Positions 26,661 to 36,197 of a stretch of DNA of 55,792 nt are shown in pieces; position 1 is the first letter of the stretch, and each line of letters begins with the position of its first letter. A model generated the notes under the pieces. It did not search any database. It saw only the letters and a list, made by a program, of their open reading frames with translations, and was not told the origin of the DNA. Made by a program: the position numbers and the translations under genes. The DNA comes from Candidatus Micrarchaeota archaeon (GTDB taxonomy: Archaea > Micrarchaeota > Micrarchaeia > Micrarchaeales > Micrarchaeaceae): NCBI GenBank assembly GCA_014874295.1, contig JACWAL010000003.1, forward strand, positions 1 through 55,792. The letters are read 5' to 3'.

Positions 26661-27629
26661 TACCATGTTTGGTATCAGGTACTTGTGCTCTTCATAGTAC
26701 CTCATTATCCTGCGCTCCTTGATTATGCTAGAGAAAGCAGAGTCTATCTCATCCATGACCCGCCTCAGCTCAGCAGGATCTTTGACTTGTAACTCTATCT
26801 CGAAGTCCTCCCCGCCTAGGACTTCGTCGTTGAAGATTATATTCGGATCTTGCTTCATATACAATGCGAACCTCTTCCTGTCTTCTGCGGATGCATTGTG
26901 GATCCTGAACATTGCCTTGAAGTACAGATATCCAAGCTTTTCAACGTCGAACACAGTTCTATAACCAGTTATCACATGCTTCCTCTCAAGTTCCTTTATC
27001 CTCCAAGCTGCAGTCCTGGCATTGATACCGAGTCTGTGCGCAATGTCTGATAAAGGCATCCTAGCATCCTTTACAAGCAATGCGAGGATACGCTCGTCTT
27101 TTCCGTCTATATCTGCTTTTGCAGGTTCGCTTACTGACACTGCCTCATACGTGTTGTAAGGCAGTCCTATGAGGTACGCCCTCGAGAAGTAAGATACTTT
27201 TGTCATTATCGCGAGGTGCCTCTCGCTGATATAGTTATTATATTTTGCAAGGAAGGCATTCCAGAAGGTGTTCATCTCAGTTACGCTGCTCGCAAGCGCG
27301 AGTGCACCGATGTCGTAATCCCCTTCTATTGAGACCAGCCAGCCGACTATCTCGCTTCTGTTCAGGAAATTGATTATCTCCTTCCTCTTGGAAGGGGTTG
27401 CACCCTGCAGCCCGAGGTAAAACCTGAATCCTATAAGGCCAAGCTTTCCCGTGTCGACCACTGCCTCAAACCGTCTGATTATGCCATTCTTCCTCAGGTT
27501 TTCGATCCTGTATAATACCGCAGTCTTGCTCAACCTTATTTTTTTAGCGATCTTGGTGAGCGGCTGCCTACTATCCATGTCAAGCTCGTACAAAAGCTTT
27601 CTATCTTTAAGATCAAATTTTTGCAACAT
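26652..27629 (-). CDS. tandem (duplicated) Lrp/AsnC-family regulator
   Basis: Two HTH plus ligand-domain units in one 325-aa chain: DRKLLYELDMDSRQPLTKIAKKIRLSKTAVLYRIENLRKNGIIRRF and DERILALLVKDARMPLSDIAHRLGINARTAAWRIKELERKHVITGY. Fused AhbA/B-NirDL-like proteins share this architecture and cannot be excluded. Confidence 0.75.
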   Translation of the reverse strand: MLQKFDLKDRKLLYELDMDSRQPLTKIAKKIRLSKTAVLYRIENLRKNGIIRRFEAVVDTGKLGLIGFRFYLGLQGATPSKRKEIINFLNRSEIVGWLVSIEGDYDIGALALASSVTEMNTFWNAFLAKYNNYISERHLAIMTKVSYFSRAYLIGLPYNTYEAVSVSEPAKADIDGKDERILALLVKDARMPLSDIAHRLGINARTAAWRIKELERKHVITGYRTVFDVEKLGYLYFKAMFRIHNASAEDRKRFALYMKQDPNIIFNDEVLGGEDFEIELQVKDPAELRRVMDEIDSAFSSIIKERRIMRYYEEHKYLIPNMVSK

Positions 27630-27732
27630 ACTATACTATATCGCATATAAAATATAATAATATTCCCATTTTAGTCTAAATATTCTGAAAAACGTTTATA
27701 TAGTTAAAAACCAATAATAATCCAGGGGTAAA

Positions 27733-28911
27733 ATGGATAAGGATAAACCAAGGCAGAACACTCAGGTGTGGAATCTTGAATGTGAGAATAAGGCAGTCGA
27801 AGCAAAAATCAGACAACCATACTTCAACAAGATTATCGTTACGGACCCAATCATACTCTTCCCGGACCAATGGGAGCGCCTTAAGGGCTTAGCCCGCACG
27901 ATCGTTCCGGCTGGGGAGCAGACCAAAATAGAAAAGCTGTATGAGGAATCAGAGAGAGAGAAGAAGCCTATATGTTGGACCCAACTCGCATCTCGGCCTC
28001 CCAAAGGCAGGGAACTACAGGAGGCGCTAAGTGGAGCAGACGCGGCGATAATGTGCTGGACGTTCATGGACGACGAGACTCTGAAGGCATCTAAGGGGTT
28101 GAAGTACGTTGGGTACTGGACACATCAAGCTGCGCACAGAGTGAACTTCGAGCTAGCAAAGGAGCTCGGCATATGCGTCGACTATGTCCCTGACTATGGC
28201 ACACACGCCGTTGCGCAGCAAACCCTTTTAGGTATGCTCGCAATTCTGAGAACGCTGCCCGAAGAGATGAAGATGACTCGAGAGGGTAAGTGGCACTATG
28301 AGCTGTTGAAAACGCGCCAAAGAGTGCCACTTGCCGAAGATCAGATCCCTCAACAGAGTCTGGAGTTCAAGAAGGTCGGGATTGTTGGGTGGGGGCCCAT
28401 AGCACAGAGGGTCAACAGTCTGTTGAAACCCTTCTACTGCAATGTCAGCTACTGGACCAGGAGCGAAAGCAACCGCCACACTGAAGAGCAGGCAATATAC
28501 AAGCCGTTAGAGGAGATCTTTCAGGAGTCGGACATAGTGACTGTGCACCTGAACCCTTACGCAGGCAATAAGGTAATATCAGAGCAGCTCATCAACAGCA
28601 TGCGCAATGGCTCCATATTTGTTAATACAAGCCATGGGGATCTAGTTGACCAGGCCGCCCTGTTCAACAGGTTAAGGAAAGGCGAAATGAAAGCGTACCT
28701 CGACGTTTACGAGAGGCTTCCGCCCAAGGACGAGATAAGGGAACTCAGCGCGAAGGGCAACATCTTCACATATAGAGCTTCATGGTTTGAGAGAGACGCT
28801 ATAAGGCTGAAAGGCGAGATGTTCCTTTGCAACATGGAGCAATTTATAATGCACGAGGAAACCAAGGCTGCTGCATTGGTAAAATGGATGAGACTCAACG
28901 CATCTCTATGA
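27733..28911 (+). CDS. D-isomer 2-hydroxyacid dehydrogenase-family protein with atypical active-site residues
   Basis: NAD-binding VGIVGWGPIAQRV and VTVHLNP....INSMRNGSIFVNTSHGDLVD...AYLDVYE. The usual ..RG.. Arg reads His, and the usual ..TPH.. His reads Arg (FTYRAS). Confidence 0.7.
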   Translation: MDKDKPRQNTQVWNLECENKAVEAKIRQPYFNKIIVTDPIILFPDQWERLKGLARTIVPAGEQTKIEKLYEESEREKKPICWTQLASRPPKGRELQEALSGADAAIMCWTFMDDETLKASKGLKYVGYWTHQAAHRVNFELAKELGICVDYVPDYGTHAVAQQTLLGMLAILRTLPEEMKMTREGKWHYELLKTRQRVPLAEDQIPQQSLEFKKVGIVGWGPIAQRVNSLLKPFYCNVSYWTRSESNRHTEEQAIYKPLEEIFQESDIVTVHLNPYAGNKVISEQLINSMRNGSIFVNTSHGDLVDQAALFNRLRKGEMKAYLDVYERLPPKDEIRELSAKGNIFTYRASWFERDAIRLKGEMFLCNMEQFIMHEETKAAALVKWMRLNASL

Positions 28912-28916
28912 CTCAG

Positions 28917-29840
28917 TTATTCCGTCCTCTGGAAGTACTCCCTTACCTCAAGTGCCGCCTTCACTCCCGCTGCTGCCGCAGTCACAGCCTGCCTGTATCT
29001 TCTGTCAGATACGTCCCCAGCGACGAAGCAACCTTCAATCTTGGTCCGGACCTCGTCTTCCGCGACGATGTAACCCTGCTCATCGAGGCCGAGCTTGCCC
29101 TTCAGGAAGGAAGTGTTGGGTGTGTAGCCAACCGCCACGAACACAAACTGAACGTCCATCTCGGTAAGCTCATTCGTCGCCACGTTCCTGAGCTTGACGC
29201 CGCCAACCTTCGCGTCGCCGAGTATCTCTTCCACTACTGTGTTGTACAGCACCTTTATCTTCGGATTGCTGAGCACCTTGTTCTGCATTATCTTGCTGGC
29301 GCGGAATTGATCCCTCCTGTGGACTATTGTAACAGAATTGGCGAACCTCGTGAGGAAGTTCGAATCCTCCATCGCCGTGTCCCCTCCTCCAACGACAATG
29401 ACGTCCTTGCCCTTCGCGAACGTGCCATCGCACGTCGCGCAGCTGCTGACCCCCCTTCCTATGAACCTCTTCTCGGACTCTATCCCGAGCCACCTGGCGG
29501 ATGCGCCCGTGGCTATTATCACGGTTTTCGACTCATACTGTTGGTCGCCTACCTTAATCTTGAAAGGTCTTGACGATAGGTCGATGTCCGTCACGTCCCC
29601 TGAGACGAACCTCGCGCCGAACTTCTCGGCCTGCTTGTGCATCAGGTCGACAATCTCGCTGCCCAGCACCCCGTCGGGGAAGCCGGGGTAGTTCTCCACC
29701 GTCGTGGTGAGTAGCAGCTGCCCCCCGGCGCCGCTGCCGCTGACTACAACGGGCTTGAAGTCCTCTCTTGCCATGTACAGCGCGGCAGACAGGCCCGCAG
29801 GTCCGGAGCCTATTATTATAACGTTCTCTATGTCTCCCAT
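28917..29840 (-). CDS. trxB: thioredoxin-disulfide reductase
   Basis: IIGSGPAGLSAA (FAD), redox-active CATCDG, VVGGGDTAMED (NADPH) and GDVSD. Confidence 0.95.
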   Translation of the reverse strand: MGDIENVIIIGSGPAGLSAALYMAREDFKPVVVSGSGAGGQLLLTTTVENYPGFPDGVLGSEIVDLMHKQAEKFGARFVSGDVTDIDLSSRPFKIKVGDQQYESKTVIIATGASARWLGIESEKRFIGRGVSSCATCDGTFAKGKDVIVVGGGDTAMEDSNFLTRFANSVTIVHRRDQFRASKIMQNKVLSNPKIKVLYNTVVEEILGDAKVGGVKLRNVATNELTEMDVQFVFVAVGYTPNTSFLKGKLGLDEQGYIVAEDEVRTKIEGCFVAGDVSDRRYRQAVTAAAAGVKAALEVREYFQRTE

Positions 29841-30059
29841 TCAGACCTCCTCTCTATCATTCTGCCATTCAAAAGCTAAAAAGCCTTTGCCGCACATCCA
29901 ATTATGTATTTATAAATATAAATATATAAACGCATGCTCATGACTTCGGACATGACCGTCATGCCCGGTCTCCCGGTCTGCACCAACAAAGGCACTGCCG
30001 AAACAAAGCTATTTATACCCTACTGGCTATAAAGAGACAGATACCTTTTGGTGGTACGA

Positions 30060-30182
30060 ATGCCAAGGGACAGAGCGGAAACTAACGAAGAAGAGGACGA
30101 CGAGGACGAGGAGGAAGGCGAGGACGAGGAGGACGACGAAGACCTTGACGAAGACGAAGACTACTCTGAGGACAATGAGTGA
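30060..30182 (+). CDS. putative 40-aa hyper-acidic micro-protein
   Basis: MPRDRAETNEEEDDEDEEEGEDEEDDEDLDEDEDYSEDNE. GGTGGT SD-like 5 nt upstream. TATA-like CTATTTATA / GCTATAAAG upstream. A hairpin and a T7 run lie downstream. Not in the ORF track because it is under 60 aa. Confidence 0.4.
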   Translation: MPRDRAETNEEEDDEDEEEGEDEEDDEDLDEDEDYSEDNE

Positions 30183-30311
30183 CTGCTTAGCGTGGCTCAT
30201 TTCCGGATCAGGGCCAGCAGCATCGTTTTTGTGCTGTATGGCCAAAGGCTCAATAGGTCTAAATACTTTTTTTGTCGATACTCTACTGCTTTCTACTGAG
30301 ACGTGGGTGTA

Positions 30312-32462
30312 ATGGTCAACGGCATAGAACTGACGGTCGCGAGCGCGCTCGTAACTGACGACGGCAGAGGCATCGCCCGTGTAGATTCCAAGGCGAGGAA
30401 GCTGCTTGGCGTCACAACTGGCGACATAATAGAGATAAAGGGCAAGAGAAGGTCGAGCGCAGCGATGGTTTGGCCCGCGCATACGCAGGACGAGGGCTTG
30501 GACTTCATACGCATCGATGGCTACATACGCCAGAACATAGGCGTCGGCATAGGGGACAAGGTCTTCGTGGGCAAGGCGGAGATACGCAACGCGGAGAAGG
30601 TCGTACTTGCCCCACCTCCAAATTCAAGGACGCCAATATCCCCTGACTTCGCGGCTTACGCGAAGAACAAACTGGAGGACAAGCCCATAATGAGGGGTGA
30701 TGTCGTCCCGATCGCCATGTTCGGGTACAACTTCAACTTCATAGTGGCGCAGATAGTGCCGCACGGGATAGTGAAGGTCACGAAGAACACAGACGTCGTG
30801 GTGAAGAACGAACCTGTTTCAGAGTCGGTAGTGCGCATAGGTGATGTGCATTACGAGGACATCGGTGGACTGAAGAACGAGATACAGAAGATAAGGGAGA
30901 TGGTCGAACTTCCGCTGCGCTATCCTGAGCTGTTCGAGCGGCTCGGCATAGAGCCGCCGAAAGGCGTGCTGCTCTACGGGCCTCCTGGGACTGGAAAGAC
31001 GCTGCTTGCCAAGGCGGTCGCGAACGAGAGCGATGCCAATTTCATCGACATCTCAGGGCCCGAGCTTGTAAGCAAGTTCGTCGGTGAAAGTGAGGAGAAG
31101 CTCAGGGAGATATTCAACGAGGCGAAAGAGAAGGCGCCTTCCATAATATTCATGGATGAGATCGACGCGATTGCCCCAAAAAGGGAGGAGGCGACGAATG
31201 AGGTCGAGAGGAGGATGGTCTCGCAGTTGCTGACGCTGCTTGACGGCATCTCATCCAGGGGACAGGTCATAGTCATAGGCGCGACGAACAGGGAGAACAG
31301 TATAGACCCCGCGCTGAGAAGGCCGGGCAGGTTCGACCGCGAGATAGAGATAGGGGTTCCGGACATGAACGCGCGCAAGGAGATTCTGCAGATACACACG
31401 CGCAACATGCCGCTTGAAGGCGTGAGCCTGGACGAGCTCGCGGCGCTGACGCACGGCTACACCGGGGCGGATCTGACCGCGCTTGCAAGGGAAGCGGCGA
31501 TGTTCACGCTAAGGACGATACTTCCGAAGATAATAGACAAGACCTCGATACCGAACGAGCTGCTCATATCGCTGAAGGTCAGCCACGACGACTTCATGAA
31601 CGCGCTCTCGACCATACAGCCGAGCGCGCTGCGCGAGGTCTTCGTCGAACGGCCCAATGTCCACTGGGAGGACGTCGGAGGTCTTGAAGATGTTAAGGGC
31701 CAGCTCCGCGAGGCGGTGGAGCTGCCGATAAAGGAGCCCGAGGCGTTCGAGAAGATGGGCATACGTCCTGTCAAGGGTGTGCTGCTCGTGGGCGCCCCGG
31801 GAGTGGGAAAGACTCTCCTCGCGAAGGCAGTGGCGACGGAGCGCGAGGCTAACTTCATATCCATAAAGGGCCCCGAACTGCTCAGCAAGTTCGTCGGGGA
31901 ATCTGAGAAGGCGACAAGGGAGATATTCCGCAAGGCGAGGATGGCCTCGCCGTGCATAGTGTTCATAGATGAGATCGACAGCATAGCCAGCACGAGGGGT
32001 AGCGAGGGCGACGCGATGGTCGTAGAGCGCGTCGTAGACACTCTGCTCACGGAAATGGACGGGTTGCAGAGCACGAAGAACATAATAGTCCTTGCGGCCA
32101 CGAACAGGCCGGATAGGATTGACCCCGCGCTGATGCGTCCGGGCAGGTTCGACAAGATAATAGAGATACCGCTACCCGACGAGGAGACGAGGCTGGCGAT
32201 ATTCAAGGTGCACACGAGGCGCATGCCGCTGACCAAGGACGTGAACCTGGCGGAACTCGCGAAGCTGACAGAGGAGTACACAGGAGCCGAGCTGGAGAAC
32301 ATCTGCCGCGAGGCGGGCATGTTCGCGATACGCGGCGAGAAGCAGACAGTCTCAAAGAAAGATTTCCTAGCCGCGATAGACGAGGTGAGGCCGTCCATAC
32401 CGAAAGAGCTCGCCGAGAGGATAAAGCGCTTCAAGAAAGAGCCAGAGAACATGTACAGATGA
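30312..32462 (+). CDS. cdc48: CDC48/VCP-type AAA+ ATPase
   Basis: N-domain ([23 protein letters not shown]). Two AAA modules with [16 protein letters not shown] and [19 protein letters not shown] 30312 (GTG 30303 also possible). Confidence 0.96.
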   Translation: MVNGIELTVASALVTDDGRGIARVDSKARKLLGVTTGDIIEIKGKRRSSAAMVWPAHTQDEGLDFIRIDGYIRQNIGVGIGDKVFVGKAEIRNAEKVVLAPPPNSRTPISPDFAAYAKNKLEDKPIMRGDVVPIAMFGYNFNFIVAQIVPHGIVKVTKNTDVVVKNEPVSESVVRIGDVHYEDIGGLKNEIQKIREMVELPLRYPELFERLGIEPPKGVLLYGPPGTGKTLLAKAVANESDANFIDISGPELVSKFVGESEEKLREIFNEAKEKAPSIIFMDEIDAIAPKREEATNEVERRMVSQLLTLLDGISSRGQVIVIGATNRENSIDPALRRPGRFDREIEIGVPDMNARKEILQIHTRNMPLEGVSLDELAALTHGYTGADLTALAREAAMFTLRTILPKIIDKTSIPNELLISLKVSHDDFMNALSTIQPSALREVFVERPNVHWEDVGGLEDVKGQLREAVELPIKEPEAFEKMGIRPVKGVLLVGAPGVGKTLLAKAVATEREANFISIKGPELLSKFVGESEKATREIFRKARMASPCIVFIDEIDSIASTRGSEGDAMVVERVVDTLLTEMDGLQSTKNIIVLAATNRPDRIDPALMRPGRFDKIIEIPLPDEETRLAIFKVHTRRMPLTKDVNLAELAKLTEEYTGAELENICREAGMFAIRGEKQTVSKKDFLAAIDEVRPSIPKELAERIKRFKKEPENMYR

Positions 32463-32483
32463 CAGCTTACACTGAGTGATTTC

Positions 32484-32885
32484 ATGAAATTGCTATATTC
32501 AGACAAGAAAACGGGCATGACGGCGAGCGTCGAGCTCGACGAGGAGAGGGCGGCGCTGCTGCTCAACAGGAAGATAGGCAGCGAGGTCGACGGAAGCGCG
32601 TTTGGTCTTACTGGATACACACTCAAGATAACTGGCGGCAGCGACTCGAGCGGCTTCCCGCTCGAGAGAAGCGTCTCCGTGCAGGGCAAGGTCAGGACCA
32701 TGCGCGTGCAGCACAGGAAGCGCGGAGCGGCTGTGCGTCGCATGATGGTGCGCGGCAACGTCATAACCAGCGACGTGAAGCAGGTCAGCACCATAATAAC
32801 CGCATATGGATCCAAGCCCATCGAGGACATATTCCCTAAGAAGGAGAAGACAGAAACGGAAGAGAAGAAGGAAGATAAGAAATGA
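32484..32885 (+). CDS. rps6e: 30S ribosomal protein S6e
   Basis: GYTLKITGGSDSSGFPL and RKRGAAVR...VRGNVI. Lys/Glu-rich tail. Stop overlaps the aIF2-gamma start (ATGA). Confidence 0.9.
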   Translation: MKLLYSDKKTGMTASVELDEERAALLLNRKIGSEVDGSAFGLTGYTLKITGGSDSSGFPLERSVSVQGKVRTMRVQHRKRGAAVRRMMVRGNVITSDVKQVSTIITAYGSKPIEDIFPKKEKTETEEKKEDKK

Positions 32886-34099
32886 ACGACATGAAGCAGA
32901 GCGTCCTCAACATCGAGACGCTTGGGCACATAGACCATGGGAAGACGACCCTGACAAAGGCGCTCACGGGCGTCTGGACCGACAGGCACAGTGAGAGCAT
33001 AAAGCGCAACATGACGATAAAGCTGGGTTATGCCGATACTATAATAAGGAAGTGCCCGAACTGCCAGGGTGCGGAGGCCTACACCGTGTCGGACAAGTGT
33101 CCCAGCTGCAATGCGCAGTCAGAGCCGTTGATGAGGGTCTCACTGCTCGACGCGCCGGGCCACGAGACGCTGATGGCCACTGCGATATCCGGAGCGAGCA
33201 TAATAGACGCTGTGCTCTTTGTCATAGCCGCGAATGAGCCGTGCCCGATGCAGCAGACGAGGGAGCACCTGATGATAATCAACCTGCTGGGCATAAAGGA
33301 CGTGATAATAGTCCAGACGAAGATCGACATAGTCGGCAAGGAGAAGGCGAAGAAGCACTACGAACAGATAAGGCAGTTCATAAAGGGCAGCGCCATCGAG
33401 AACGCGCCCATAATACCAGTCATAAGCAACCGCAACATAAACGTTGATGTGCTGCTCGAGAGGATGTCACAGCTAAAGATACCGCAACGCGACGAGACGT
33501 CCGATCCGATGATGTACGTCGTGAGGTCGTTCGACGTCAACAAGCCGGGAGCCAAGATCAGCGGCCTCGTCGGAGGAGTAATAGGGGGCGCGATAACGAA
33601 GGGCAGGTTCAAGAAGGGAGACGAGATAGAGATACGCCCAGGAATAAACATAACGCAGCAGAACAAGGAGACCTACAAGCCCGCAATAACAAGGATAGTC
33701 AGCATGAACAACGGCACGGACGATATGGAGGAAGCGACGTGCGGCGGGCTCATAGGGCTGTCGACGGAGATAGACCCGAGCTTCGTCAAGGCGGACAGCC
33801 TCGTAGGCAACATCGTGGGGCATGTCGGCAAGCTGCCGAGCGCCGTGAAGTCCATGCAGATCAAGTACACGAAGATAAACCGCACCGACATTCAGGAGCC
33901 TGGCATGAAGGAAGGTGAACCACTGCTCCTTGGCATAGGCACCGCAACGGTCGTGGGCTACATCAAGAAAGTCAAGAAGGACACCCTGCAGGTCGACCTC
34001 AACCGCCCGGCGTGCGTAGAGTCCGCCATGAAGGTCGCGGTGCTGCGCAACCTCGACAAGAGGTGGAGGCTCACGGGCTACGCGGTGCTGAAACAATAA
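32882..34099 (+). CDS. eif2g: translation initiation factor aIF2 gamma subunit
   Basis: GHIDHGKTTL, DAPGHE and QTKID. Zinc knuckle CPNC...CPSC. The S6e-aIF2gamma adjacency is conserved in archaea. Confidence 0.95.
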   Translation: MNDMKQSVLNIETLGHIDHGKTTLTKALTGVWTDRHSESIKRNMTIKLGYADTIIRKCPNCQGAEAYTVSDKCPSCNAQSEPLMRVSLLDAPGHETLMATAISGASIIDAVLFVIAANEPCPMQQTREHLMIINLLGIKDVIIVQTKIDIVGKEKAKKHYEQIRQFIKGSAIENAPIIPVISNRNINVDVLLERMSQLKIPQRDETSDPMMYVVRSFDVNKPGAKISGLVGGVIGGAITKGRFKKGDEIEIRPGINITQQNKETYKPAITRIVSMNNGTDDMEEATCGGLIGLSTEIDPSFVKADSLVGNIVGHVGKLPSAVKSMQIKYTKINRTDIQEPGMKEGEPLLLGIGTATVVGYIKKVKKDTLQVDLNRPACVESAMKVAVLRNLDKRWRLTGYAVLKQ

Positions 34100-34182
34100 C
34101 CATCCGCACGCTGACGCCGGAATGTAAAAATAAGTACGTTGCAATGTGGTCATGCGTCACGAATATCATCCTCACGCAACCA

Positions 34183-34296
34183 CTATGTGGCAAGCCCTGA
34201 ATCCTCGCAGTCTATCTCATAGCCACAGTTGGAACACTTCTGCCTGCACGATCTTACGTTCCTGATCGTGTCGTTCCGGCAGTTCGGGCATGTCAT
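34183..34296 (-). CDS. 37-aa zinc-ribbon micro-protein
   Basis: MTCPNCRNDTIRNVRSCRQKCSNCGYEIDCEDSGLAT has two CxxC pairs. The ATG lies 4 nt after the aspS stop on the same strand. Not in the ORF track. Confidence 0.5.
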   Translation of the reverse strand: MTCPNCRNDTIRNVRSCRQKCSNCGYEIDCEDSGLAT

Positions 34297-34300
34297 GCAA

Positions 34301-35596
34301 TCACGGTGTCAGTCTCTTCCTGTCCCTTGGGAACATCGCGGCCTCGCGGATGTTCTCCACACCCGCGACCTGCATGGAGAGCCTCTCGAGACCTATGCTC
34401 CATCCCGCATGCGGCGGCGCGCCACACCTCATCGCATTTACGTAAGGCTCGAACTCTTTTGGGTCCAGTCCCTTGGACTTAAGCGACTTTATCAGCACCT
34501 CAGGCAAATGTATCCTCTGCGCGCCGCTCAGTATCTCAAGTCCCTTGTAGAGTAGGTCGAAGCTGTTGCAGAGCCTCTCGTCGCCCTCCTTTGGCATCGA
34601 ATAGAACGCGCGAACAGCCGAAGGGTACTCCTTGACTATCACTGCATCTCCATATATCCTGCAGAGAGCCTTCTCGTGCTCCCTCGCGAAGTCCTCGCCG
34701 AAGACCATCTTCACGTCGTTGTCGTTCAGGGCATCAACCGCTTCTGTGTAGGTTACGACTTTGACCTTCGGGACCTCGAGGTTGACATTCAGCAGCTCGA
34801 GGTCCCTCACATTCTTCTCCTTTACTGCCTTTAGCATCGCGGTGAAAATCTCTGACAGCACGGTGATGACGTCGTCGTGGTCGGCGAACGCCATCTCGAT
34901 ATCCATCTGCGTGGACTCGTTTATGTGGTAGACGGTGTTCGACTTCTCAGCGCGGAACACGGGCGTTATCGTGAACACAGTTCCGAGTCCGCCTATCACT
35001 GCGAGCTGCTTGTAGAGCTGCGGGGACTGCGCAAGGTAGGCCTTCCTCCCGAAATAGTCAATGCTGAACAGGTCCGCCCCTCCCTCTGTCGTTTCTGCGA
35101 CTATGGAAGGCGTGCGTATGTGCACGAACTCCCTTCTCATACATTCCTCTATGAACGTGTTTGCCAGAGTCGACTCTATCTTGAATACTGCGGCACTTTC
35201 CGTCCTCCTGAGGTCTATGTACCTGTAGTTGAGGCGCACGTCCAGCTCCGCATCTACCTTGCCTGTTACTTCGAACGGTATGTTCGTAGAGAGCGGGTTG
35301 AGATTAACTATCCTCTTGGGTACTATCTCGAAGCCCAGCCTGGCCTCCCTGTTCTCCGATACTGTACCTGTCACCTGCACGACGCTCTCCTTCGGCAGCG
35401 ACATAGCCCTGTAAGTCTCGTCGTCGGTCACTCCCCTCTTGCCGGTGATCTGCACTATGCCAGTTGAGTCTCTCAAAAGGAGGAACTTGAGCTTGCCGAG
35501 CTCCCTTATCTCGTGGACCCAACCGCAGAGCGTCACCTCCTTGCCGTTCATCGATTTCGAGAGCTCCGATATCCTGTGGGTCATGAACATAAGCAT
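34301..35596 (-). CDS. aspS: aspartyl-tRNA synthetase (archaeal/eukaryotic type)
   Basis: OB-fold N-domain (VTLCGWVHEIRELGKLKFLLLRDSTGIVQ) and class II motifs (FRAE, GGADLF.., GAPPHAGWSIGLERL). Several in-frame ATGs (35596, 35590, 35584) sit about 25 nt downstream of a TTATAA box, so the exact start is uncertain. Confidence 0.93.
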   Translation of the reverse strand: MLMFMTHRISELSKSMNGKEVTLCGWVHEIRELGKLKFLLLRDSTGIVQITGKRGVTDDETYRAMSLPKESVVQVTGTVSENREARLGFEIVPKRIVNLNPLSTNIPFEVTGKVDAELDVRLNYRYIDLRRTESAAVFKIESTLANTFIEECMRREFVHIRTPSIVAETTEGGADLFSIDYFGRKAYLAQSPQLYKQLAVIGGLGTVFTITPVFRAEKSNTVYHINESTQMDIEMAFADHDDVITVLSEIFTAMLKAVKEKNVRDLELLNVNLEVPKVKVVTYTEAVDALNDNDVKMVFGEDFAREHEKALCRIYGDAVIVKEYPSAVRAFYSMPKEGDERLCNSFDLLYKGLEILSGAQRIHLPEVLIKSLKSKGLDPKEFEPYVNAMRCGAPPHAGWSIGLERLSMQVAGVENIREAAMFPRDRKRLTP

Positions 35597-35686
35597 CACT
35601 GGTTGACCGATCAATTATAAGAAGCGCAACAAAGTATTTAAGGATTGGTTGCCAACATTAGGCTTGACGCCGTTTAGGGCTAATAC

Positions 35687-36016
35687 ATGGGAAGCATAAT
35701 AGGCACAGTGCTTATCGCGGGTACCATGAAGTTGCCGATGGCGCAGTACAGGTTGTACTTCACCGATGACTCTGTGGTTACTGTTCTGGTGAGCGACCTG
35801 CCTCCCGCTATGCGTTCTATGCTCTACTTCGGTTATCCTGCAGTGATAGCAGGCGGGATAGAGCTCGCTGCGGAGGGCTTCGAGACGATGCGACAGTGGG
35901 AGCGGATCGTCGCGGACGTCAACGCAAACCACAGGCAGCTCGTCTCATACACAGAGGTGCCACCTGACGCCGCGCAGCCGTATGCTAGACGCTCTCTATA
36001 CCGTACGGCAGGATAA
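35687..36016 (+). CDS. hypothetical protein (109 aa)
   Basis: Open frame with an ATG about 45 nt downstream of a TATTTAAG element. No motif recognised. Confidence 0.4.
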   Translation: MGSIIGTVLIAGTMKLPMAQYRLYFTDDSVVTVLVSDLPPAMRSMLYFGYPAVIAGGIELAAEGFETMRQWERIVADVNANHRQLVSYTEVPPDAAQPYARRSLYRTAG

Positions 36017-36197
36017 AGGCCGTAAGGATAAAGAAGGCGTCTAGGGCCAGCCGGAAGATAGGCTGCAGTACTCTCTCACGTTCGTGATGGGCCTGATGTC
36101 CTCCGAAGCATTCCTTATACCCGGAGGAGCTATAGAGCAGGTTGTCGCACTCATAAAGAAGACGCCGTTGGCCACGAACCTGGAGCAGTGAGGCGGT

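Noticed and set aside
30027-30482. 151-aa minus-strand ORF with a hydrophobic VVLLVLAFLLVLVVLFFV segment
   Set aside because: The hydrophobic run is the antisense reading of the GAN-rich acidic tract. The ORF also overlaps the cdc48 start and promoter.
31457-32989. 510-aa ORF on the minus strand, the longest antisense ORF in the window
   Set aside because: It lies entirely antisense to cdc48, rps6e and the start of eif2g, all of which have unmistakable motifs. Its product is Ser/Leu/Pro-rich low complexity. This is the shadow ORF expected from the strong codon bias on the sense strand.
36090-36194. 34-codon ORF MGLMSSEAFLIPGGAIEQVVALIKKTPLATNLEQ in the 36017..36197 gap
   Set aside because: Short, with no motif, no clear SD or TATA, and a weak codon-bias signal. 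Not enough evidence to call it.
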